A DNA stretch of 64,000 bases from the NCBI GenBank assembly GCA_022340645.1, contig JAJDNP010000091.1:1673-65672 (forward strand). Reading direction: 5' to 3'. Shown in pieces: positions 22,541 through 31,857 of this stretch. The notes under the pieces are model-generated. The model had not been told where the DNA came from and ran no database searches. It saw only the letters and a list, made by a program, of their open reading frames with translations. Made by a program: the position numbers and the translations under genes. The stretch comes from Gammaproteobacteria bacterium (GTDB lineage: Bacteria; Pseudomonadota; Gammaproteobacteria; SZUA-229). Positions within the stretch are counted from its first letter, which is position 1. Each line of letters starts with the position of its first letter.

Positions 22541-22553
22541 TGCAGAAGATATA

Positions 22554-22730
22554 TACCGCAGAGGCACGGATTTATTGTTTATTACGCCTGCGGCATATTA
22601 AAAAAATGTAGGTTCGAATTTATTCGGACAAAAGTGCCTATAATTGCCAATATATGTCCGAATAAATTCGAACCTACATTATGGATAAATCCATGCAGCA
22701 AAATCTCGGCATCTCCATGCCTCTGCGGTA
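22554..22730. repeat. Composite element: CAGAG-class outer hairpin enclosing a perfect 25-bp inverted repeat
   Basis: The outer arms are TACCGCAGAGGCACGGA (from 22554) and TCCATGCCTCTGCGGTA (to 22730). The inner repeat pairs ATGTAGGTTCGAATTTATTCGGACA (22606-22630) with TGTCCGAATAAATTCGAACCTACAT (22655-22679). Confidence 0.9.
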
Positions 22731-22773
22731 ATATTACTGTCGAATTTGCCTGACTGCTTATACTGGCAGCGGT

Positions 22774-23211
22774 TCAGGCATACGCCTTAATCACGGTTTT
22801 TTTCTGCTGGCATTGCTCAAGAAATTTATGCAATGCAGCGTCGCTGTTATTTTCAAAATCGATAAATACAAGATTCAACATGTATTTATCTTGCGACAGT
22901 CTCTGCAGGGACAGGATGCGGCAGTTAACATTCAGTTTTTCTACCTTGCCTTCAACAGGTAATTCAATAATCACTTTTAAATGTATGTGTGTGACTGCGT
23001 GATTTTGAATGCCGCGCGGTTCAATCTGGTCAGTTACCCAGCCGTCACAAATTATCTGCAAACCTGCACTTGATATATTGCGTGTGCTAACTGGAAGTGG
23101 ATTGCCTTCATCCAGCACAATATCAGCTGACAGGTCTATTTCATAACGCGGCGACCGTCTTCTTTCGTTAATGCCTGGTATAGCGAGTGTCATGGTTGCG
23201 CAAAAAGTCAT
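22774..23211 (-). CDS. PilZ-domain protein (putative c-di-GMP receptor)
   Basis: 145-aa ORF with RRSPRYE...NISSAGLQI, which matches the RxxxR / D-x-S-xx-G PilZ pattern. Confidence 0.7.
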   Translation of the reverse strand: MTFCATMTLAIPGINERRRSPRYEIDLSADIVLDEGNPLPVSTRNISSAGLQIICDGWVTDQIEPRGIQNHAVTHIHLKVIIELPVEGKVEKLNVNCRILSLQRLSQDKYMLNLVFIDFENNSDAALHKFLEQCQQKKTVIKAYA

Positions 23212-23435
23212 TTAATTTAAAAAGGGTTATTGTTTTAAAAAAGCTTAGTAAAAAATATTTATATATCAACAAATTGGTGGTGTTTATGAAAATACGAGAC
23301 GTATATATCTGCAGGAAACAGGTGACTTAGCATTCAAATATGATAATATTCCCCCGCTAAATTACGGCCAGGAAGGCAGTTGTTTTGGATAAAACTGCCT
23401 CAGATAATAATCATACATAACACGGGAGAACGGTT

Positions 23436-24287
23436 ATGCCAGAAGATAAAATAACAGAAACACTGTCAATGGTGCAAAAGATCGACATTCAGCAGTTGAC
23501 TGAAGCCTATGTTATACCCTGGGGGATAAACATAGTCATGGCACTGGCGATATTTATCATTGGTAAAATGGTTGTTGGCATACTGGTTAGAATTGCCAAA
23601 AAATTAATGACCAAAGCCAAGGTTGATGCAATACTGGTTAATTTTATCGGTTCAATTGTCAGCACGGTGCTGCTGCTGTTTGTTGTTGTTGCCGCACTCG
23701 ACCAGCTGGGTGTCGATACCACATCACTCATTGCGTTAATTGGTGCCGCAGGTCTGGCCATTGGTTTAGCCTTGCAGGGTACACTGCAGAACCTGGCTTC
23801 AGGCGTCATGCTGATTATCTTCCGTCCCTTCAACGATGGTAACTATGTGGAAGCTGCCGGCGTTGCAGGTATTATTGAAAAGATCGGTATATTTACCACC
23901 ACCATGCGCACCGGCGACAATCGAGAAATCATTGTGCCTAATGGTGAAATTTTCGGCGGCACTATCACCAATTATTCGAAGCGTGATACTCGCCGGGTCG
24001 ACATGGTATTCGGTATTGGTTATGGCGATGATATCAAGGCAGCAAAGGATATCCTGAACAGGATACTGCAGGAAGATGAGCGTGTATTGAAAGATCCCGC
24101 GCCGCTGGTAGCCGTGGCAGAACTTGGTGACAGCAGCGTAAACTTTAATGTCCGCCCCTGGGTTAAAACAGGGGATTACTGGAATGTATATTTTGACACG
24201 CATGAAAAAGTTAAATTAACCTTTGACGCCGAAGGCATCACCATACCTTATCCGCAGATGGATGTTCACACGGATCAGGCAGCCTGA
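23436..24287 (+). CDS. mscS: Small-conductance mechanosensitive channel (MscS family)
   Basis: 283-aa ORF with three N-terminal TM segments and the pore-helix region LQNLASGVMLIIFRPF. Confidence 0.88.
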   Translation: MPEDKITETLSMVQKIDIQQLTEAYVIPWGINIVMALAIFIIGKMVVGILVRIAKKLMTKAKVDAILVNFIGSIVSTVLLLFVVVAALDQLGVDTTSLIALIGAAGLAIGLALQGTLQNLASGVMLIIFRPFNDGNYVEAAGVAGIIEKIGIFTTTMRTGDNREIIVPNGEIFGGTITNYSKRDTRRVDMVFGIGYGDDIKAAKDILNRILQEDERVLKDPAPLVAVAELGDSSVNFNVRPWVKTGDYWNVYFDTHEKVKLTFDAEGITIPYPQMDVHTDQAA

Positions 24288-24326
24288 TCATTTTTATCAT
24301 AAATATGTTGTAGAAGGATAATTGAA

Positions 24327-25073
24327 ATGAATAAAAGTATTTATACATTAATACTGCCAGCCCTGCTGGCTGCATCAGTTAACGTGGCGGCCGCCGAAGA
24401 CGAGAATAAAGAAAAGTCACCATGGAAAAGTTCGATAGAGCTAGGCTTTATTCGCACTACCGGTAATACTGAAACACAGACCACCGCACTTAAGGCGGAT
24501 GCAACCTATGAAGTTGAAAAATGGCGTCACACCGGACACGCGGAAGGCTATGGTCAGCAAACCGAGGATGCCAATACCGGTGAGACGGTAGTATCTGCAG
24601 AACGTTACCAGCTGATCGGTAAATCGGATTATAAATTCACCGAGCTTGATTACGCTTTTGGCATTATTAATTTGCAAAAAGACCGCTTCAGCGGGTATGA
24701 ATATGAGCATATTGTCTCGCTCGGTTATGGTCGTAAGGTAATCAAGCAGCAGAACATGGAGCTGGACCTGGAAATCGGTGCTGGTGAAAGATTCTACAAA
24801 GAGGATAATAAAGATGACGACAACGAGGCCATATTGCGTCTCGCGGGTAATTACTGGTGGCAAATTACAGATAATTCCAAGTTTATTCAGGAGCTAAGCA
24901 CAGAGATTGGTGAAACCATTACATCAAACAGATCGGTAACCGGTATCCAGGCAAATATCAACAAAACGCTGGCAATGAAATTTACCTATACCATAAGAAA
25001 TAAATCGAAAGTTCCTGCAGGCACGGAAAAAACAGATACCGAAGCGGCAATGACTCTGGTGTATAACTTCTAG
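24327..25073 (+). CDS. DUF481 (YdiY-like) outer-membrane protein
   Basis: 248-aa ORF with a signal peptide, WKSSIELGFIRTTGNTETQT and a C-terminal aromatic residue (VYNF). Confidence 0.7.
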   Translation: MNKSIYTLILPALLAASVNVAAAEDENKEKSPWKSSIELGFIRTTGNTETQTTALKADATYEVEKWRHTGHAEGYGQQTEDANTGETVVSAERYQLIGKSDYKFTELDYAFGIINLQKDRFSGYEYEHIVSLGYGRKVIKQQNMELDLEIGAGERFYKEDNKDDDNEAILRLAGNYWWQITDNSKFIQELSTEIGETITSNRSVTGIQANINKTLAMKFTYTIRNKSKVPAGTEKTDTEAAMTLVYNF

Positions 25074-25082
25074 AAGAAAATT

Positions 25083-25152
25083 GTTAACCGCAGGGACGCC
25101 GAGGCGCAGAGTTTTTATTCATTAACCGTGTCTCGGCATCTCTGTGGTAAAC
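25083..25152. repeat. Unit-array hairpin, CAGAG class
   Basis: Left arm is GTTAACCGCAGGGACGCCGAGGCGCAGAG. Right arm is AACCGTGTCTCGGCATCTCTGTGGTAAAC. They are about 70-75% complementary, and the element sits between convergent genes. Confidence 0.7.
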
Positions 25153-25155
25153 ACT

Positions 25156-25770
25156 TTAAAACCTGAATGCTAATCCGGCAAACGCTTCAATCTGCGTAAA
25201 TAAACTGCCATTAACGCTTAGTGAGCAACCGCCGTTACAGAAAAGAGCGGCGTTACTGTTGAACAGCGTGCCCAGTCCGCGAGCTTCCAGCCGTACAGCG
25301 ATGTTTTCAGATAAAAAATATTTCAAACCGATGCCTATACTCAGCGAGGCGCGAAGGTCTGATTGAAATCCGCTAAAATCAGGGCTTAAGTAAGTGAAAC
25401 CAACTCCGCCGCTTACGAAAGTTTTCAGCTTATTTTCTTCGGAAATCGGTGCTGTGCCGCCGATATGGAGATAGTCGATAGTCAACGGTATATCAGCAGT
25501 GCTCGTTGTTGCGGGCTGGGTAAGATTGACTGATCTTATGTCGGATGACTGGTGGCTATAATAAATCTCCCAGTCCTTGCCCCGTTCGTATGGAAAACCG
25601 ATGATGAATCCATACATCTCGGAACTCTGGACCGTATGTTTTTGCTGGGTATCATTGTCAATAAATTCACCGCCACCACGATAACCATATAAAGGTGTTA
25701 TCTCCACCGCGTAACTGCCTGCACTGGAAACGAATAAGGTAACAATCAGTAGATTTTTAAGTTTTTTCAT
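25156..25770 (-). CDS. Small outer-membrane beta-barrel protein
   Basis: 204-aa ORF with a signal peptide, an alternating beta-strand pattern and a C-terminal FRF. Confidence 0.65.
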   Translation of the reverse strand: MKKLKNLLIVTLFVSSAGSYAVEITPLYGYRGGGEFIDNDTQQKHTVQSSEMYGFIIGFPYERGKDWEIYYSHQSSDIRSVNLTQPATTSTADIPLTIDYLHIGGTAPISEENKLKTFVSGGVGFTYLSPDFSGFQSDLRASLSIGIGLKYFLSENIAVRLEARGLGTLFNSNAALFCNGGCSLSVNGSLFTQIEAFAGLAFRF

Positions 25771-25903
25771 AAATACACGTTCGGGAAAATGTCTGCTGGA
25801 GATTATAGTTCTGTTAACCGCGGCATGGCATGAACTGGTAGCATCGAGTATTTCCTGCCTTAAGCTTTAACAACAGGTTAATATATTAGCTGAACAGCCC
25901 TGA

Positions 25904-27085
25904 TTACAGGGCAGTCGTTATGCTGTTAGAAGCCGCAATCGCTTTTTGCTTTGCTGCTTCAACGGTATTGTCCCTGGCTAATGCAACGCCCATGCGCCGC
26001 TGGCCTTTAACTTCCGGTTTGCCAAACAATCGCAACTGCGTGTCAGGCAGGTGTAAAGCAGCATTAATGTTATTAAACATGACATGATCTGATTCGCCAT
26101 TGACCAGGATAACACTGCTTGCACTTGGGCCATGAAAATGAATGTTAGGTATCGGTAATCCCAGTATCGCCCGTGCATGCAGGGAAAACTGGGATAAATC
26201 CTGTGATATCATGGTGACCATGCCGGTGTCATGCGGCCTGGGCGAGACTTCACTGAATATCACGTCATCACCCTTGATAAATAACTCAACACCAAAAATA
26301 CCGCGACCGCCGAGTGCCTCCGTAATTTTTGTCGCAATCTCACGTGCCTTGTTAATGGCAACGTCGGACATCGGCTGCGGCTGCCATGACTGGCGATAAT
26401 CACCGTCTATTTGTACGTGGCCGACAGGTTCACAGAAACTTGTGCCATCAATATGGCGAACCGTTAACTGGGTTATTTCATAATCAAAATCAATAAAACC
26501 CTCAACAATGACTTTTCCTGCACCGCTGCGGCCTCCCTGCTGGGCGTAGTTCCAGGCCCTGTCGATATCGGTATGTGTTTTTATGGTGCTTTGGCCTTTG
26601 CCGGATGAGCTCATAATCGGCTTAACAATGCAGGGTATACCAATGTTTTCAATAGCGGCATCAAATTCCTCTCGCGTACTGGCAAACTGGTAGGGTGATG
26701 TTTTCAGTCCCAGCTCTTCTGCGGCAAGCCGGCGTATGCCTTCACGGTTCATGGTCAGCCTGGCGGCGCGTGCCGTGGGAATAACTGTATAGCCTTCTGC
26801 TTCGAGTTCAACCAGGGTGTCGGTCGCGATGGCCTCGATCTCGGGAACGATGTAATCCGGTTTTTCAGCTTCGATGATTTTCCGCAAGGCTTCACCGTCA
26901 AGCATGGATAGCGAGTAACTGCGATGCGCCAGCTGCATGGCTGGTGAGTTGGCGTAACGGTCAAGTACGATTACTTCAACACCGTATCGCTGCAACTCAA
27001 TCACGACTTCCTTGCCCAGTTCACCGCCGCCGCAGAACAAAACCCTGGTTGCGGTAACAGATAAGGGGGTGCCAATAGAAGTCAT
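25904..27085 (-). CDS. purT: Formate-dependent GAR transformylase
   Basis: 393-aa ORF with an ATP-grasp fold ([16 protein letters not shown]). Confidence 0.93.
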   Translation of the reverse strand: MTSIGTPLSVTATRVLFCGGGELGKEVVIELQRYGVEVIVLDRYANSPAMQLAHRSYSLSMLDGEALRKIIEAEKPDYIVPEIEAIATDTLVELEAEGYTVIPTARAARLTMNREGIRRLAAEELGLKTSPYQFASTREEFDAAIENIGIPCIVKPIMSSSGKGQSTIKTHTDIDRAWNYAQQGGRSGAGKVIVEGFIDFDYEITQLTVRHIDGTSFCEPVGHVQIDGDYRQSWQPQPMSDVAINKAREIATKITEALGGRGIFGVELFIKGDDVIFSEVSPRPHDTGMVTMISQDLSQFSLHARAILGLPIPNIHFHGPSASSVILVNGESDHVMFNNINAALHLPDTQLRLFGKPEVKGQRRMGVALARDNTVEAAKQKAIAASNSITTAL

Positions 27086-27157
27086 CGTTGTCTCTCGTTT
27101 GTATGTGTGGCTGAGAAGTATATCTTATTGCTGTCTAATGAAAAACAAAAAGCGAAT

Positions 27158-27333
27158 CACCACAGAAACACAGAGGACACAGAGTTTTTATTGGATGGAT
27201 GCAGCTTACTGCAGGGTCGAATTTATTCGGACATGTATAGGCAAACATTGGCGCCGTTGTCCGAATAAATTCGAACCTACATCGTTTGTGATGTCGTAGG
27301 CGAAACAATCAAATACTCTGCGCCTCTGTGGCG
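27158..27333. repeat. Composite element: CAGAG-class outer hairpin with nested GGTTCGAATTTATTCGGAC inverted repeat
   Basis: The outer arms are ACCACAGAAACACAGAGGACACAGAGTTTTT and AAATACTCTGCGCCTCTGTGGCG. The inner repeat pairs GCAGGGTCGAATTTATTCGGACA (27211-27233) with TGTCCGAATAAATTCGAACCTACAT (27258-27282). Confidence 0.85.
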
Positions 27334-27348
27334 AAAAGCGTTTATTTT

Positions 27349-28179
27349 TTATCTCTGGCAATGCGGACAATAATAAGTCGAACGCTGCTGCTGGCTAAAC
27401 TGAATTATCGGCTGGCCGCAAACGCTACAGTTTTCTCCCGCTTTACCATAAACCAGCAGTTTTTGCGCAAAGTATCCGGGCTGTCCATTCTCGGAAGTAA
27501 AATCCCGCAATGTGGTGCCACCCTGCCTGATAGATTCGTTTAGCGTCAGCTTTATCGCATCGACCAGCTTTTGCAGACGCTTGAGTGAAATGTTGCCAGC
27601 TTTCCGCTTCGGGTTGATGCCGGCCTTGAACAGGGCTTCATTGGCATAGATATTGCCGACACCAGCCACTATATGACTGTTCATGATCAAGGCTTTTATA
27701 GAACACTGGCGTTTATGTGCCTTGTTATGCAGGTACTCAGCATTGAAATCATCTTCCAGTGGTTCCGGCCCCAAGGGTTTAATCAGCTTGTGCTGGTTTA
27801 TATCTTTGTCCGTCCACAATACACAGCCAAATTTACGCGGGTCTCGCAGGCGCAGGATATTATTTCCTGTTTGCTTGCTGGAGACGCAGATATCCAGGTG
27901 ATCATGTTTATCAGCAGGTAATTTGTTCGTGCAGATACGCAAACTGCCGGACATGCCAAGGTGAATGATGATGCTGCTGCCGTTATTGAGTTTCAGATAA
28001 ATGTATTTTGCACGGCGGCGTACTTCCAGTATCGTTTTGCCTTTCGCCAGGGCAGGCAGGTTTGCTGGCACCGGCCAGCGAAGTTTATGCTGGCGTATAT
28101 TGATTGCAGTGATGGTGCTGTTTAGCAGGTAAGGTTCGATACCGCGACGGCTGGTTTCAACCTCTGGCAGTTCTGGCAT
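27349..28179 (-). CDS. mutM: Formamidopyrimidine-DNA glycosylase
   Basis: 276-aa ORF with the MPELPEVE N-terminus and a C-terminal zinc finger (CSVCGQPI...YYCPHCQ). Confidence 0.96.
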   Translation of the reverse strand: MPELPEVETSRRGIEPYLLNSTITAINIRQHKLRWPVPANLPALAKGKTILEVRRRAKYIYLKLNNGSSIIIHLGMSGSLRICTNKLPADKHDHLDICVSSKQTGNNILRLRDPRKFGCVLWTDKDINQHKLIKPLGPEPLEDDFNAEYLHNKAHKRQCSIKALIMNSHIVAGVGNIYANEALFKAGINPKRKAGNISLKRLQKLVDAIKLTLNESIRQGGTTLRDFTSENGQPGYFAQKLLVYGKAGENCSVCGQPIIQFSQQQRSTYYCPHCQR

Positions 28180-28197
28180 GTTTGTTAGAAAACGGTT

Positions 28198-28626
28198 TTA
28201 AATATCGCGGTCAAGCTCATCGGTATCCAGCTGACCACTGACACGCCGGCGCACGTGTGACCAGGAGACCCCGATGCTTAAAACACTGGCAAGCATTATT
28301 TCAATGATATAACTGATAACGCGAAAGCTGTGTGTTGATAAGCCGAGCACATCGACAATCAGCCAGATGGCCAGACCGAAGAAAGCAGTGGCGATGATGA
28401 TTCCAGGCAGTCCGAGTGAGCCGAGTGTGGCGCGGATTAACATTATCCAGCCGATAAGCAGGACAACGCCGACAAATGCCTTGAAGGCGCTGAACTCGGC
28501 AAGTGATCCGGAGACCCAGTGGTAGTAGGAAACACCCTCTGGGTTATAAGTTGCGAACACGACAATAAGCGCAAAAATAAAACGAATGATAAAACTGTCA
28601 AAACCGAAGCCTTTATTTGTTGCCAT
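28198..28626 (-). CDS. Small integral membrane protein, last gene of the ABC/GldG operon
   Basis: The ORF-track frame 28198..28785 overlaps the upstream gene. The internal ATG at 28624-28626 (MATNKGFGFDSFIIRF...) gives a 142-aa protein with 3-4 hydrophobic helices and no overlap. Confidence 0.55.
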   Translation of the reverse strand: MATNKGFGFDSFIIRFIFALIVVFATYNPEGVSYYHWVSGSLAEFSAFKAFVGVVLLIGWIMLIRATLGSLGLPGIIIATAFFGLAIWLIVDVLGLSTHSFRVISYIIEIMLASVLSIGVSWSHVRRRVSGQLDTDELDRDI

Positions 28627-28714
28627 ATAAGTTGTCCTGGTAGAGGGTGTGTGAGCTGGTTGTCTATTATAAAAGTTTCCTGCATCCTTTGTGCAGTTCT
28701 GTTTAATGTATTGG

Positions 28715-29554
28715 TTACTGGTTATGCGCTGCCGGGCTGATAAGATTGTTGTAGGCTTCCTTGTCCAGATGGTATTCAAGTCCAATCTCGGGCCGCGCGA
28801 TAATTAACCAGGGTTGCGTGTCGCTGATGCTGTAGCTAAGCGGCTGTTCCTGGCCGGTTAAATAAACGGAGATGTTGCCAAGCTCCTTGCGTGTCATAGA
28901 TTGGTGGACACCAAAAGCCTGGTCATGCTGCCAGTGCTGAATGGTTTCAGCAATGCTGTCCGCACTGCTGTCTATCGTGCTGTGCCATATGCCGTTTTCA
29001 TCTTTGTAGATGGTCTGCTGCGGAAGAACAATTTTTTTAATATCGCAGTTGGCAGGTAGCAAATTAAGCGAAACCAGCGTGCTGAAATGTGACGTTATTA
29101 ACGGATAGTAAACGTCCTCGATAGTATAAACCCGGTTATCAAGCTTGACGTAACGCAAATTAGTCACCGGGTTGATTATGCCGAACTCTATCATTTGCTG
29201 GTTGAATTGAATGCTTGTCTGTGAGTCATCCAGGCCGGTTTCCCTGGTGTCAATTTGCGTGAGCGTATATTGATTGTGCACCGGCGCGTTAAGCAGGCCG
29301 AGGATGGTGTTGATTCGAAAGTTGTTTGCAGCGATATTAATCGGCTGTGTGATTTGCCACTGGTTCTCCGTGTTTCTAACAATGCTGGTATTGTTGCTGT
29401 TGTGACGGATATTAATAGTCTTGATATCATTTATATCAATATCGGTTAGTTTCTTCAGCTCTGTATTTTTTTCTTCTTCACTTAAAAAAATAACGATAGC
29501 CAGTAGAACAACGAAAACCAGCAGGGCGAGATTGAGAAGATTCTTTTTCGACAT
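28715..29554 (-). CDS. DUF4340-like protein
   Basis: 279-aa ORF with an N-terminal membrane anchor. It lies directly after a GldG-like gene, with start and stop overlapping by 1 nt, which is the usual DUF4340 context. Confidence 0.55.
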   Translation of the reverse strand: MSKKNLLNLALLVFVVLLAIVIFLSEEEKNTELKKLTDIDINDIKTINIRHNSNNTSIVRNTENQWQITQPINIAANNFRINTILGLLNAPVHNQYTLTQIDTRETGLDDSQTSIQFNQQMIEFGIINPVTNLRYVKLDNRVYTIEDVYYPLITSHFSTLVSLNLLPANCDIKKIVLPQQTIYKDENGIWHSTIDSSADSIAETIQHWQHDQAFGVHQSMTRKELGNISVYLTGQEQPLSYSISDTQPWLIIARPEIGLEYHLDKEAYNNLISPAAHNQ

Positions 29555-30948
29555 TACAGGTTTTTGCGTTTATACCAGATGCTAAAGCCGGCAATTAAAA
29601 GCAGCGCAGGGATAATCAAAAAGAATCCGAAACCGATGATGGATATCTGCAGGCCATTCAATTCCAGTTTCGTGTCAGGTGAAGCTTTTACTTCGATGGA
29701 TATAAGATCATCATCACCAATCAGCCAGTTGAAAATATTCAGGCCAAGATTCAGATTCGCGCCCGCGCCGATATAAGCATCTGCAAGGAAATCGCTGTCG
29801 CCAGCAACTACGGCACGTTGAACTTTGGGTAGTATTCTGGGTTTATTATTTTTCTGTGCAATGCTGCGATGTAAGGCGACCGCTATTGTTATTGGGCCGG
29901 CGATATCACCGGCGCTGGAATCAAATGCCATCTCCTCAGTCAGGCCGCCGGTTTCACTCCAGCTCTTGCCATAGGAGTTGAACAGAGCTGTTTGCTGCCA
30001 GTTGTTAACAGCGTGTTCATCGCTGAGCGGGCTTATGCCTCGTGCTAACGGGAACAGCGTGTTGTAACGAATCGTGCTGGTAATCTGGTGCGGGAAATAT
30101 TCGGTCACCGGAATAATAGCGGGATGCTGAATATTCAGTGTCTGCCTTAGTTGTGTGTTGTTATCGACAATAACGCCATTTTGCAGCTGCAAATCAAGGC
30201 TACTGGCAAGAAACTCAAGATTATGTAACTCGCCAGGATCGACCAGCCATAGCAGGTTGCCGCCTTCGTTGATGTAGTTTTGAAGCTGTGTTATTTCACC
30301 TGCAAGATAGTTGTTCGCCGGCGCGGCGATAACCAGCAAGCTGGTGTTGGCAGGAAGCGGTTTCTCTAACAGGTTAAGCGTGCTCAGGTGGAAGCCCTGT
30401 TCCGTCAACTGCTGCTTTAATGTCGCATAAGCACGGTTGTCGCTGCCGTTGATGTCGCGTTCGCCATGACCGGTTAGAAAAACCGTCAGCTGGTTATCAC
30501 GCCGATTTAACCTCAACAGCGCATTGCTGATAGCCTGTTCACTCAAGGAGTCAATATGTTCCATGCGGCCATTGTAATGAATTACAAAGGCAAATGGCTT
30601 GTTCATCACGATGCCGTCCTGCTGCGCCTGTGTAATATCTATGTCAGGGTTTAACAGGCGCAGTTTGAAATCCGCTTTAACGCGCTGGTAGCGTTCAATG
30701 ATTTCCTTGATGGCTTTGCCGGTGACTTCATCCGTGGTGTAGGCGTGAACAGCGACCTCTTTATCCAGCATGTTAAGCAATTCAATACTGCTGGATGACA
30801 GTGAGTGACGTTTGTTCGCCGTTAGATCGAACTGGTAAGTGTAATGATTGCTTATCCACGCCAGCATGCCAAGACAGGCGGCAAACAGCAGCAGAAATAT
30901 GATCTTCTGAATGTTGAGATAGAGACGGGATTGACTGGTAAGTTTCAT
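29554..30948 (-). CDS. GldG-like auxiliary component of an ABC-2 transporter
   Basis: 464-aa ORF with N- and C-terminal TM anchors and a large periplasmic domain (VFLTGHGE, VVAGDSDFL). Confidence 0.7.
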   Translation of the reverse strand: MKLTSQSRLYLNIQKIIFLLLFAACLGMLAWISNHYTYQFDLTANKRHSLSSSSIELLNMLDKEVAVHAYTTDEVTGKAIKEIIERYQRVKADFKLRLLNPDIDITQAQQDGIVMNKPFAFVIHYNGRMEHIDSLSEQAISNALLRLNRRDNQLTVFLTGHGERDINGSDNRAYATLKQQLTEQGFHLSTLNLLEKPLPANTSLLVIAAPANNYLAGEITQLQNYINEGGNLLWLVDPGELHNLEFLASSLDLQLQNGVIVDNNTQLRQTLNIQHPAIIPVTEYFPHQITSTIRYNTLFPLARGISPLSDEHAVNNWQQTALFNSYGKSWSETGGLTEEMAFDSSAGDIAGPITIAVALHRSIAQKNNKPRILPKVQRAVVAGDSDFLADAYIGAGANLNLGLNIFNWLIGDDDLISIEVKASPDTKLELNGLQISIIGFGFFLIIPALLLIAGFSIWYKRKNL

Positions 30949-30965
30949 GTTTTTAAAAAGCTTTT

Positions 30966-31069
30966 AACACAGAGACACAGAGTGCACAGAGAAGGAAATT
31001 TAAATGGGTTTCTGCGCCGCTGGCACAGCTAAACAGAAATACCTCTGTGTTCTCTGTATCTCTGCGGTT
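30966..31069. repeat. Unit-array hairpin, CAGAG class, inside the ABC operon
   Basis: Left arm is AACACAGAGACACAGAGTGCACAGAGAAGG (30966-30995). Right arm is ACCTCTGTGTTCTCTGTATCTCTGCGGTT (31041-31069). They are about 80% complementary, with a 45-nt loop. Confidence 0.85.
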
Positions 31070-31089
31070 CGTTTGATTTATATACATTT

Positions 31090-31842
31090 TCATCCCTGCA
31101 GGCGCTGTGTTTCCAGCTGTCTTATCGTCAGCACGACAAAGCCGGTAATAAATAATATAAAGTAGGCGATGTCACGTGTGTTTAATATACCGCGCATCAT
31201 GGCGGAAAAGTGCGTATGCAAGGACAGGTAACTTAGCAGGTTTGCGCCATCGCCCGCCGAAGCGCTGTTGACATTAATCATCCATAACAGCAGCAAAAAA
31301 CCGAAGGTGCTAATGGCGGCGATCATCGGGTTTTCCGTGAGAGATGACATGTAAAGTCCGGCGGAACTGAAAGCAGCCAGCATGATAAATAGACCGAAGG
31401 CGCCGCAGAGCATTTTTGCGTAATCCAGTTGTGTGCCCATGGCAAGTGATGCTGGCATCAGTACGATTAGCAGCACGATTATCATGATAAAAAATAATAA
31501 GCCAAGGTATTTGCCGAGCACGATTTCGCTAATGCTGAGCGGTGCGCTTAGCAACAGGCTCATGGTGCCGCTGCGTTTTTCTTCGCTGATGAGGCGCATG
31601 GTTAACAGGGGGGTCAACATTAACAGGATAATGCTGGCTACTTCGAATAGCGGGCTGGCAATAAGATCGGTGACACCCGGTGCATTTTTCAAGGTGGTCA
31701 GGTCAGACTGAATTTCGAAGAAAACATCGATGGATTTGAAAAACGACCACGCCAGAATTAGCTGTATCACGGCGAGTATCACCCACGCCAGAGGTGATAA
31801 AAACATTGAGCGAAATTCACGTTTTGCAATGGTCAAAATCAT
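31090..31842 (-). CDS. ABC-2 type permease (GldF-like)
   Basis: 250-aa polytopic membrane ORF whose N-terminus reads IAKREFRSMFLSPLAW. Confidence 0.75.
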   Translation of the reverse strand: MILTIAKREFRSMFLSPLAWVILAVIQLILAWSFFKSIDVFFEIQSDLTTLKNAPGVTDLIASPLFEVASIILLMLTPLLTMRLISEEKRSGTMSLLLSAPLSISEIVLGKYLGLLFFIMIIVLLIVLMPASLAMGTQLDYAKMLCGAFGLFIMLAAFSSAGLYMSSLTENPMIAAISTFGFLLLLWMINVNSASAGDGANLLSYLSLHTHFSAMMRGILNTRDIAYFILFITGFVVLTIRQLETQRLQG

Positions 31843-31857
31843 TGTTTTAAGTCTGTT

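Noticed and set aside
22606-22679. GGTTCGAAT in the nested inverted repeat considered as a tRNA fragment or tRNA-derived SINE
   Set aside because: Only the 9-nt T-arm consensus matches. No acceptor, D or anticodon arms can be drawn.
28627-28785. N-terminal extensions in the ORF track. They are 28198..28785, 52541..53026, 55857..56873, 39066.., 41143.., 57523.., 57939.. and 58586...
   Set aside because: The extensions overlap upstream genes or repeat elements, or begin at TTG. Internal ATG starts match the expected family N-termini and have better Shine-Dalgarno spacing.
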